A DNA stretch of 64,000 nucleotides from contig CAVZSV010000005.1 of NCBI GenBank assembly GCA_963778115.1, positions 416,001 through 480,000 on the forward strand, in the 5' to 3' direction. Positions 10,501-22,500 of this stretch are shown here, piece after piece. The number at the start of each line of letters is the position of its first letter. Within the stretch, counting starts at the first letter, position 1. The DNA is from an uncultured delta proteobacterium. Lineage in GTDB: Bacteria > Bdellovibrionota > FAC87 > UBA2466. The translations under genes were made by a program, and so were the position numbers. Below the pieces are notes generated by a model. It searched no databases. It saw only the letters and a list, made by a program, of their open reading frames with translations, and was not told where the DNA came from.

Positions 10501-13500
10501 ACGACGGCCGGAGTCACCACAAGCTCGACCAAGATTACGGGAGTCACTTCTCCCTATGTGCATCTCTCTTTAACCGCTGGAACGCCTTACTATTACAAAG
10601 TCAGTGCTCAAGATGCGGGCGGCGAAGGGCCCCTCTCTTCTGAGGTCTCAGCAACTCCGAATGCTCCCCCGCCCACCAATGTCGCGGCGACGGCAGGTGA
10701 CGGACAGGTCACCATGAGTTGGACAGCCGCTACGGGCGCCACGGCTTACAACATCTATTACTCGACAAGTGCCTCAGTCACGACTTCAAGTACCAAAGTA
10801 GCCAGCGCGACGTCGGGACAGGCGATTACGGGCCTTACGAACGGAACCACTTACTATTTCGCCGTGACGAGTGTCACAGGGAGTAACGAAAGTGCGGTAT
10901 CCACAATTGTAAATGCGACTCCGGCTACAGGGCTCTCTGCTCCCGCGAATGTGATAGCGACGGCTGCCAGTGGACAGAACTCGATCTCCTGGAATGCGGT
11001 GACGAACGCCACTTCCTACAATCTTTACTGGAGTACAACGGCTGGAGTTACGACAAGCTCCACAAAGATTACCGGCGTGACCTCTCCTTATGGGCATCTC
11101 TCGCTCACTAACGGAACCACGTACTACTATAAAGTAAGTGCCGTGGATGCCGGAGGCGAAGGGCCTTTATCATCGGAAGTATCGGCGATGCCGTTTGCGC
11201 CGCCTCCCACCAACGTCGCGGCGGCGGCAGGGGACGGGCAAGTTACGGTCTCTTGGACGGCGGCGACCGGTGCCACTTCTTACAATATTTATTATTCGAC
11301 AAGTGCTTCGGTCACCACTTCGAGTACGAAAGTCGCAAGCGCCACTTCGGGACAAGCGGTCACGGGACTTACCAATGGGACGGTTTACTATTTTGCCGTT
11401 ACTAGTGTCACAAGCAGTACGGAAAGTGGAATCTCCTCGATAGTAAATGCAACTCCGGTAACCAGTCTTTCGGCTCCTGCCAATGTGGTTGCCACCGCAG
11501 GAAGTGCCCAAAATACGATTTCCTGGAATGCGGTCACGAATGCGACATCTTACAATCTTTACTGGAGTACGACGGCCGGAGTCACCACAAGCTCGACTAA
11601 GATTACTGCCGTTACTTCGCCTTACGCCCATACCTCTCTAAACGGAGGGACTGCTTACTACTATAAAGTAAGCGCTCAAGATGCCGGCGGAGAAGGGCCG
11701 CTCTCTTCTGAAGTCTCGGCAACTCCTTATGCACCACCACCCACGAATGTGGTCGCTACCGGTGGAGACGGGCAAGTCACGGTTTCTTGGACAGCGGCGA
11801 TCGGGGCTACTTCCTACAATCTTTATTACGCAACGACATCGAATGTAACCACTTCAAGTACCAAGATAACGGGTGCCACTTCAGGCGGAGCTACCACGGG
11901 GCTCACGAATGGAACGACTTATTACTTTGCCGTGACGAGTATGACTAACGGAACGGAAAGTGCCCTGTCTACTATCGTAAACGCAACTCCTACGACAAGT
12001 CTTACGGCACCGGCCAGTGTGATAGCCACTGCAGGAAGTGCCCAAAATACGGTCTCGTGGAATGCGGTGACCAACGCCACTTCCTACAATCTTTACTGGA
12101 GTACCACAGCGGGAGTGACGACAAGTTCCACAAAAATTTCGGGAGTCAGTTCTCCCTACACCCCTCTTTCTCTGACTAACGGAACGACCTACTACTATAA
12201 AATAAGTGCTGTCGATACCGGAGGCGAAGGGCCTCTTTCTTCTGAAGTATCGGCGATGCCCTTTGCGGCTCCGCCCACTAACCTCGTAGCGACGGCAACG
12301 GATGGGCAAGTAACACTCACATGGACCGCGGCAACGGGCGCTAGCTCCTATAACCTTTATTACTCGACCAGTTCCACGGTCACCACTTCTAGTACGAAGG
12401 TGGCCGGCGCCACTTCCGGTCAAGTGGTGTCGTCACTCACCGACAATACCCTTTATTATTTTGCGGTAACAAGCGTTACGAACGGAACAGAAAGCGCTCT
12501 TTCTTCGACGGTAAGTGCCACGCCTGAAGCCGTTCCTTCGGCCCCCACCCTGGTCGCCACGGCGGGAACCGGGCAAAATAGTTTGAGCTGGTCAGCCGTC
12601 ACCAATGCCACGTCTTACAATCTTTACTGGAGTACGACGGCTGGAGTAACAACCAGTTCGGCAAAAATTACCGGAGTCACTTCTCCTTATGTTCACAGCT
12701 CCCTTACGACCGATACCACTTACTACTATCGATTATCGGCGGTGGATGAGACAGGGGAGGGAGCCCTCTCTTCCGAAGTTTCGGCGACGCCCGTGGGAGT
12801 TTTGGATCACTTTACCTTCGCGCATCCTTCCAGCACTACGGCGGGAGCGGCCACTACTTTGACTGTCACCGCGAACGATGCCGCGGGTAATACGGTAACG
12901 AACTTCACGGGAACGGTAACGCTTACCTCTAGCGACGGATCGGCATCGCTCCCTTCGGCTTATACTTTCCAAAGTGGAGATTTGGGCGTCCATCAATTTG
13001 CTCTTACGTTTAATACAACAGGTTCTCAAACCGCTACGGCCACTTCGGGAATCGTAACTTTAACTTCGACAAACTATGCGGTGGAATCGACTATCCCCCT
13101 CTCAGTCACGGTTGCCAACATGACTACCGCTCCAGACCAGAGCGATGCGTACACCATTGCTAACGGCGTTCCTCCCTACACGGTTAGCACTGTAGCGGGC
13201 GGTAGTATTTCCAACCCTTCTGGCTCGGGAACTTTTCTTGCCGATGGGTCTTCTTCCGCAGTGGGAATCACCGTAACCGATAGTTTGAGCAACACCGCTT
13301 CGTTAACGATCACGGTAAATCAGCCTTTAACGATTACCTTGAGCCAGGCCCCGCCGAACTTGCCTCAGCCGTCTTCAGCTCCGGCATCCACCGTCTGGAA
13401 CGGCAAGATGTATCTTTTCTCAGGGAGTGTGAACGGATTAGATTCTAATCTTCTTTTTTCCTATAGTCCCACACTCAACGTAGTGCGAGCCCTCTCGCCA

Positions 13501-16500
13501 TCGGGAACCGCCCCTACTGTTTCCAACGGAAGCCAATTTTTCCTGACCACCATAGGAAATCTTCTCTATGCCTTCACCTACGACGGGAGTTCCTTTCACA
13601 TCAGTACTTACGATCCCACTAGCGGCACCGACGGGGCTTGGACTTCATTAGCTCCCTCAGGAAGTGCTCCTAACTTTGACGGGACTTATCCTATTACGGA
13701 AGCCACTGTCGGCTCCAAGATGTACCTTTTTGGTTTCTATCACAGTGGATCCTATACCCCCGGCATCAAAGTTTTTGATCCCTCAAACGGAGCGCAAGGG
13801 GCATGGAGTTCACTCTCTCCCTCAGGAAGCGGACCTCAAACAGATACCTATTTGGCCAGTACCGTAGGGGGGAATATTTACCTTTATGGAAATTCCCAGG
13901 GCGGAGTTTATTCTTATAACCCTACTTCGGGAGCCAGTGGGGCGTGGACAAAACTTACCCCCGCGGGAGCTCCGCCGCCCGCGAATCTGGATAAAGTAAC
14001 GACGATAGCCGCCGCCGGCACCGCCTTCTACGCTTACACCCAATACGATGAGATATTTGCTTTCGATACGTCAAGTGGGGGAACATGGACGAATTTGGGA
14101 ACGTTTGAGCCTGGGGCTTATGTCGCTCTAGCGAGCCAAGACGTTAATGGAGAGATCTATTTCTATGGCTCCGGGGAAAACGCTCCTTGGGAGTTCGACG
14201 CCTATTCCCCTGGAGGAACCAGTGGCGGAAGCAATGTTTGGGTTCCCGAGACTCCTTCTTATCAGTCCACTTCATCCACACTGGAGTCCGGTGAGCAGGT
14301 TACCTACACCGTCTCCGGAGGCACAGGCCCTTATACGGTGACCAAAGTTAGCGGCTACTTCGTAAGTCAATCAACCTCGTCAGGCATCTATGGTATGCCA
14401 AATGTCGGAGACACCCTGACTGTAACAGACAGTTTGCAAAATTCTTATAGCGTCACCTTGACCCCTGGAACCACGTTAACGCTGACGGGAACATTCGCTG
14501 TCGCCTATAATGCTTACGGATATTTTACTGCGTCGGGTGGAGATGGTTCGTTCACCATGTTTACCAACAGCGGAAACATAATGGTCGGAGCCCAGAACGG
14601 AAGCGGAGCATCTCTCACACAAACTTTCATCGATTCCACCGATAACTGCATTGAAGCAAATCTATCGGTAGAGGACGGGAACTCCAATTACGCGTACTTT
14701 AACTCTCAGATCGACGGACTCTCGATCGCAGCAAATACTTCGAGCCTCATACAGGGACTCTCCACGCCCTATACGCTTACCAATCCCTGTTCGGAAGCGG
14801 TCACCGTCACAGCCGATCACGGAACGGTGGATCAAGCGGGCAATTACCAAGCTCCCTCCGATTACACGGGAACGGTCACCCTAACGGCTTACGGGTTCTT
14901 CGGTAATGTCGTTTCCACGACCTTAACGGTCACGGCCGATCCCGCCATTAATGTTTCGCTTGGAGATTCTCATCCCGATGACGGCGGTTCAACGACTATC
15001 GATGCCACGGGCGGAGATGGAATCTATACGATTACGGCCCAAAACGGAACGGTCGTTGGAACTACCTACCGCGCTCCGGCTTCAGGCGGGAGTGATGTCA
15101 TTACCGTTACCGACAGTGACGGTAATCAAAAAACTTACGACGTTACTTTGAACTCGAACTTAAGTATCGCGATGGCGTCCCCTACCATGCTCTCGGGATT
15201 GCAAACCGCTTATACGGTGGCTAATGGAACCCCTCCCTATTCGGTGAGCGTTTCCAGTGGCGCCACCGTTAGCAATGCGACGGGCTCCGGAAATATCGTT
15301 GCGGATGGATCGCAGTCTTCAGTGACTCTTTCGGTCACCGACGCCGCGAGTGCTTCTTCCTCCTTTACCGTCTCGGTCGTAGCCCCTTTATATCTAGGGA
15401 TAACCCAGCCCCCAGCTAATTTCGGTGCGGATTATGCGGCAAGTACTACTTGTGACGGCAAGATGTTTGTATTCGGAGGTATGACGAATAACGGGCTTAG
15501 CAATGCGATCACTTCTTATGATCCTAATGGAAACGCGTGGAGAGTGCTCACTCCTAGCGGAACGGCTCCCACTCCAAGAGAATACGCGACGGCGGGCTGC
15601 CTAGGAAATAAGGTCTATGTGTTTGGCGGTTTCGATGGATCCACTCCGCTTAATCAATTGTACCTCTTCGATCCAACGGCGGGTTCGTTTGGAGCCTGGA
15701 GTTCCGTCACCCCCGCGGGCTCCGCCCCGGTCTCGAGGGAGTATCCCGCCTCGGTAGTGATCTCTGGAAAAATGTATGTTTTTGGCGGGGAAAATGCTTC
15801 CGGCCAATATCTCAATGATCTGTATGTTTACGATCCTGCTACCGGTGCCTCGGGAACATGGACCGCACTGACACCGACCGGAAACGCGCCCTCCGTTCGT
15901 ATTAAGGCGATCGTTGGGGTCATTTCAGGAAAAATGGTTGTGCAGGGTGGCGATACGACGGGGAACACCCCGGTATCCGATTTTTATGCCTACGATCCTA
16001 CGAATGGAAGTAACGGCGCATGGAGTTCTCTTTCTCCGTCGGGAACAGCACCCTCGGGCGAGGGAACCGCTACCGTTATCAATAATAAGCTTTATGTCCT
16101 TCAAACCTCTGCCGATCCCAACCAGATGTTCATTTATGATCCTTCATCAGGGGCTACCGGTGCGTGGATGAGTGGGGGAACTTTTGAATCCGGAAACCCT
16201 CGTTACGGAGCGGTCTCTCAAACTTTCAATAACGAAGTTTTTTTCTTTGGCGGCGGCGCGGCGTTCAGCAGTGAGCTTTCCGAATTTGACCCCAACGGCA
16301 ACGACTTCTTTGTTCAAACTCCTGTCTTTATTTACACAAATCCAACTCTTGAATCTAATCAAAGTATTGCCTACGAAATACTCGGCGGAACTAGCCCCTA
16401 TACCGTCACGGGCCACACAGATAATGCTTCGGGTAGTGGAAATTTCACCATGCCAGCTTCGGGCTTGGGAGAACTTGATGTCACCGATAGCAGCGGACAA

Positions 16501-19500
16501 GCCTTCTCGATCGATTTTTCTAACGCGCAAACCCTGGCAGTGACGATGGGAACGACTCAACCCTATCAAGGGTCGACGACGACGTATACCATCTCTGGAG
16601 GAGTGGGCCCTTTTTCAGTGAGTACCCAATACGGTTCGGTGGACAATGCCTCGGGCTCGGGTAATTACACCGCCCCTATCACTTTGGAACAAGACACGCT
16701 TACGGTATCGGACTCCGATGGATATATAGCTACGGTCCCTATCAATAATCGAGCTTACCCAGCCATTTCGATAAATATCTCTCAAACCGGTCTAAACATA
16801 AATCAGACAGAGGAGTTTACGGTCACCGGAGGCTCCGGAAGCTTCGATGTCCAGGCTCAATACGGGTCAATCACGCTGGCCGGGGGCAATACCTTCTATT
16901 ACGCGGCTCCTTCTTACGCTACGAGCGATGAAATTACGGTCACCGATAATGTGAGCCAAGTTCAAGCAGAGCAGGGTATCACCGTGGAAAATCTTTCGCT
17001 CTCGGTCGCCCCTGGTACCGAACTTGATGTTTCCGAATTGGCGACGATAACGGTTAGCGGAGGAAACGGCCAATACACCTATCAAGCCACCCGCGGCATG
17101 ATCGATCAAAGCGGTAATTACCAGGCCCCCTCGTCCTCGGGTTCGGATCTTATCACCGTGACCGATTCCCTGGGAGTTTCGTTCTCAGAAGGAATTACCG
17201 TGGACGCCGCCCTTTCGCTCCCCCCGACTATGACGGTGGACAGCGGAGCTTCGTCGGCAGTGGCGACTAGCGGGAGTGATGGTAGTTACACCTACTCTGC
17301 CACTTACGGATCTTTTACCGGCGACATTTATACCGCCCCTGGTGGGATTGGGAACCCTTCGAACGACACCATTACGGTGACCGATGGAAATGGCGTTACC
17401 ACCACGATTACCGTGACATTAAACTCGGATCTATCGGCTACGGTTGCGAATAGCACGTTAGCGGTTGGCCAGATCACCAGTTACTCCGTTAGCGGAGGAA
17501 CGTCCCCGTACCAGATATCGGCGGCATTAGGTAGCGTAAGTAACGCGACCGATAATGGCAATTACAACGCCGTCACCACTGGAAGCGATACGCTTATGAT
17601 TTCCGATAGCGGAGGAGGGTCGATATCTCTTCCCCTTACGATCTATAGTGATCCCACCGTTTCCGCTCCGGCATATATCGCCGAAGGGGCCACGATAACT
17701 GCAACGATCAGTTGTCCCAGCGGAAGCTGTAGCAGCTCTGACACCTTAGGAGGAACTTTTTCAAACGACGGCACTTACACAGCCCCCATGTCGACGGGTA
17801 CCGATACCTTAACGCTGACCGATGATGTCACCAATGCTCAGGGAACAACAACAATCACAGTAGTAAGTCCTGTCGCCGTTTCTTTCGCGTCCGCGGGCAC
17901 GGCGGAAGGCAGTTTAGTCTCTTATTCTGTGTCGGGCGGTAGCGGAAGTTATAGCGTGTCGGTAGATCTTGGGGCGGTTAGCAATGCCTCGGGAAGCGGG
18001 ACCTATACGGCGTCGGGCGGCAGCGGAACCGCAACCCTCACCGCGGTCGATACGGCGAGCTCATTTTCACAGACCGCAACGATTGCGGTTGGCCCGCCGA
18101 TCTATATCGGGACTGCTTCCGTTCCGTCTAGTTTCAACTTCGCAACCTCCTCTCCCAGCGCCGTCATAGGCAGTATGCTGTATGTGTTCGGCGGATACGT
18201 CGGAGGGGGCACTCAAAATTATCTGTGGTCGTATGACCAGACGCAAAACCTCTGGACTGCAATTGATGCCGTCAACCTGCCTTCCACTGCTAATACGGGG
18301 GCGATGGTGATGGCGGCTTCGGGCAGTGAAATATACTTGTGTGGAAGCTGGACGTGCTGGTCGTATGACCCGGCAACCAATGTGGTCACTTCTCTTTCTG
18401 GCCCTACCTCCACCCCCCAGTCGATGTTTACCATCGGAGGAAAGTTATATTTAACCGGACTATACGGAAGCGCACATTTGGGCGTTTTTGTTTATGATCC
18501 CTCTCAAGGATCTGAGGCTTCGTGGAGCCAATTGGCTCCGTCAGGCCAGACTCCTGGCGAGTATCCCGACACCACTACGGCCCTAATTTCCGGAAAGATC
18601 TATGTTCAATCTATAAGCAATACGTCTTTGTACATGTACGATCCTTCGAATGGGAGCAACGGCAGTTGGACTACGCTGACTCCTTCGGGAACCGTGTTCA
18701 CCAATTCACCCGTGGCAAGCGCAGTAATGAATGGGAAGTGGTACGTCGTATCGAGCAATCAAGAGCTATTCCAGTACGATCCTGCGGCCGGGGATTGCGG
18801 TGCCTGGTCCGAGGTTACCGCTTTAAATTTTGCATATGATTCGATGGCCCTAATGAACAGCAAGCTATATTTGTTAGCGAGTACTCCCTCCCACCTGGAT
18901 TATTTTGACGGAACCAACTTTACTACCGTCACCGGCAGTACCTTCATAGGCGGAGGAAACCTCACGATAGAAGCCAATCAGCAGATTCCTTATACCATCT
19001 ACGGGGGAACACGGCCGTTTGCCGTCACCGCAGCCAATGGAAGTGTGGATAACCCGAGTGGCTCGGGCAATTACACAATGCCCGCTAGTGGTGGCGATAC
19101 GCTCACCGTTACCGACGGTATCGGACTCGTCTACAACATTACGATGAGTTCAGGCCAAACGCTGACAATTTCTGTGCCAGCTACGACCGTCGCCTCCAAT
19201 GGATCTTTAGATTATACCGTCACGGGAGGTTATGAACCTTCCGTCAGCGCTGAATGTGGAACCGTGAGCAATCCGTCGGGTTCGGGGACCTACACGCCGT
19301 CGGCTTGTACGAGTGACGTTATCACGGTGACCGACGGGAATGATTATTCCGTCACCGCGGATATTACGATTACCTATCCCGCGCTGACGCTAACTATCGG
19401 CTCCGAATCACTCTATGTCGATCAAGCGACGATCCTTACCGTGAGCGGCGGCTCGGGAGATTACTCTCTATCGGCGAGCTATGGCACTATCTTAGGTTCG

Positions 19501-22500
19501 ACCTACACGGCTCCCGGTTCGGCGGTGAGCGATCTGATAACGGTGACCGACAATGTAACGGAGGCTTCGACGTCTTCTTTGATCACCGTCAGTGATTTTC
19601 CGGCGATCTCGGTGTCGTTAGGATCATCGACGGTTACTCCCTCTGGGTCGACTTCGGTCAGCGTCACCGGGGGTTCGGGTAATTTCACGCTCTCTGCTTC
19701 CCTTGGTTCGGTGAGTGGAGGCACCTATTACGCTCCCTCTTATGAGACGAGTGATACGGTCACCGCCACCGACACGCTCACCGGCCTTACCGGTTCTGCA
19801 AGCGTCACGGTGGCCTATTCGCCTCTTAGTATTACGCTCGGGGCGGCCGCTGTTTCTCCCGGGGGGACGACTTCCGTTTCGGCCTCTGGGGGTTCGGGAT
19901 CTTACCTGTTCAGCGCCTCTCAAGGTTATGTCACGGGTTCTACCTACACGGCGCCAGGTAGCCCAACCAACGATACCATCACGGTCACGGATACGGTCAC
20001 GGGCGACACGGCTTCGGCTGGGATCGCGGTTGATAGCAATCCCACACTCTCTCCCAGTCTCACTAGTCTTGAAGTTGGTCAGACGACGGCCCTCAATACT
20101 TTCGGAGGTACGGGACCCATGACCTGTTATGCCGACAGCGTAGAGCTTTCTAGCTGTAATTTCACACCCTCGAGCGGCCAGACAGGATCCATCGTGGTTT
20201 CCGCAACCGATGTGTACGGTTTTAGCGGGGGCGCGACCGTCTATGTCTACCCCGTGATCTCTTACTCCATCGGAATGACGACGATAGATGACAGCGGGAC
20301 GACATCGTTTTCTATCGGAGGAAGCGATGGTTCTGAAACAGCAGTGGCGCAGTACGGGTCAATCAATAGTGGAGTGTACACGGCACCCGCGAGCGGAACG
20401 AGCGATACCATCACCATCACCGATGATTTGGGAGGAGAAACCCAGATTACGATCACGCTCTCAAATGTGGTCCTTAGCTTTGCCAGTACTTCCGTTGCCG
20501 TGAGTGAGACGACAACTTATACGGTAAGTGGCGGCGTTCCCCCCTATTCAATAAGTAGTGTGAGCGGGAGTTTGAGTAATGCGACTGGTTCGGGGACCTA
20601 TACGGCCAGAACGCAAGGAATGGACACTATTACCTGCACCGACAGCGGGGGTGGTTTTACCCAGGTCGAAGTCCTCAGTTCATTGCCTGGCCTTAGCGGG
20701 CTTCCTTCTTATGTCGCTGCCGGCGCGAGTGCAACGGCCACGGTATCCTGCAGCGGGCAGAACTGCAGCGCGACATCGGCCAACGGAGGAACCACCTCCA
20801 TCGCCGGCTACGTTTATAACGGAAGTTACGGCTATTACACCGCTACGCTCACGTATACAGCACCCAGTTCGCTTGGTGTGGATACGATCACGCTTACCGA
20901 CAACGATCTGGCCATGCAGACGACGGCAACCACCACGGTACTGGCGCCGTTACAAGTAGGCTTCGGCGCGGCATCGGTTGCCGAAAACGGCACGATCTCT
21001 TATACGGTCGGTGGAGGATCAGGAAGCTATAGTTTAAGTTGTTCCAATTGTACTCTTAGTAATTCGGCCGGAAGTGGAACGCTAACTGCGGGAAGTGAGC
21101 CGGGAGTAGCGACAGTTTCCCTCACAGACGAAGTCAGTTCGCTAACCCAAAGCGCTCAAATCACGGTGAGCGGAAGCATCATTGTATTGATGTACCCCGA
21201 AGCTGTGGCCCCGGGAGAAACCTCCGCTTACTACATTCAAACCGATACCAGCGGCGGGCTCACCGTCAGCGTGGATAATGGAAGCTTAAACAACTCGACG
21301 GGGAATGGTACCTATACGGCACCCGACTCGTCGACGATCGCGACAATAACCGTGACCGACGCCCAGGGGAACACGGGCACCGCTACCGTCAGTGTCAATA
21401 CTCCGGGGACATGGCAAACCGCCGACACCATTCCCAGTCTGTTCAGTGCCAGCGGTCAGACTTACGCCACCACTATCTCAGGGACGCCCTATGTCTTTAC
21501 CGGTGATGACAGCGTGCTTTACACCTTCAATCCGTCGACCGAAGCGGTCTTGCAACTTTCACCAAGCGGAAGTTCTCCTACTGATACTTTCTACACAGCC
21601 TTCCTTACCGTGGGAAGCGTGGGATACCTAGTAAACACTAGTTTTGGGGTATGGACTTACGATCCTTCTCAAGGCACCGGAGGAACTTGGACTCACCTTG
21701 CTCCCACGGGAGCACCGACTGGTTCCAGTTACCTCTACAATCTACCCACGGCTGCCGTTTTGAACGATAAGATCTATGTATTCGGCGGTGATAGCGTTGG
21801 ATCGGGATCTCCACAAAACGAATTATATGTTTATGATCCCAATGGCGGCGGTGATGGGACGTGGACACTTCTCTCCCCGGCGGGAACGGCGCCGTCCGGC
21901 ACCTCTAACGCAAATTTGATGACCATCAATGATAAGTTGTATCTCTATCTTTCTGACTACCAGGAGATCTTTATTTATGACCCGACCACTGGAGCCCAGG
22001 GGACCTGGACGGAGGTCAGCGCTTCCGGCTCTTTGCCCGCAGCTCGAGCCGGCGAAGCCGTTGGTGCGATCGGCGATGTCGTTTATGTCTTTGGAGGTTG
22101 GAACGTGGGTAGCGGCTATCCCGACACGGATTCTTGGAGCTTTGATACTGGCACAAACACGTGGGCGCAACTTTCCCCGTCCGGTATTCATCCCCCTTCG
22201 CAAAGTTACGGCCATCCTTGGAACTGCTCGATAACCGTAGGCAGTGTCGCCTATTTCTTCCTTCAGAACTACATTGTTTCATATGATTCCTCCAGCGGAG
22301 GTGACGGAAGTTGGGGGCCAACTCCGCCCGCCACGATTGGATCGACCGCCGCGACAATCGGAACCGTGACTTATGTCTTCGGTGGCTCGCTCAGTACTTA
22401 TGATAACCAGCTCTACGCCTATGATAATTCTCAATCTGCTTGGAGTCTGCTTAGCCCCAGCGGTACGGCTCCTGCTGGTAGAATTGGGCACTCCGCGGCT

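Noticed and set aside
8512..12423. Recurring minus-strand ORFs in the FN3 array
   Set aside because: They mirror the 534-bp repeat of the giant gene; no independent coding signal.
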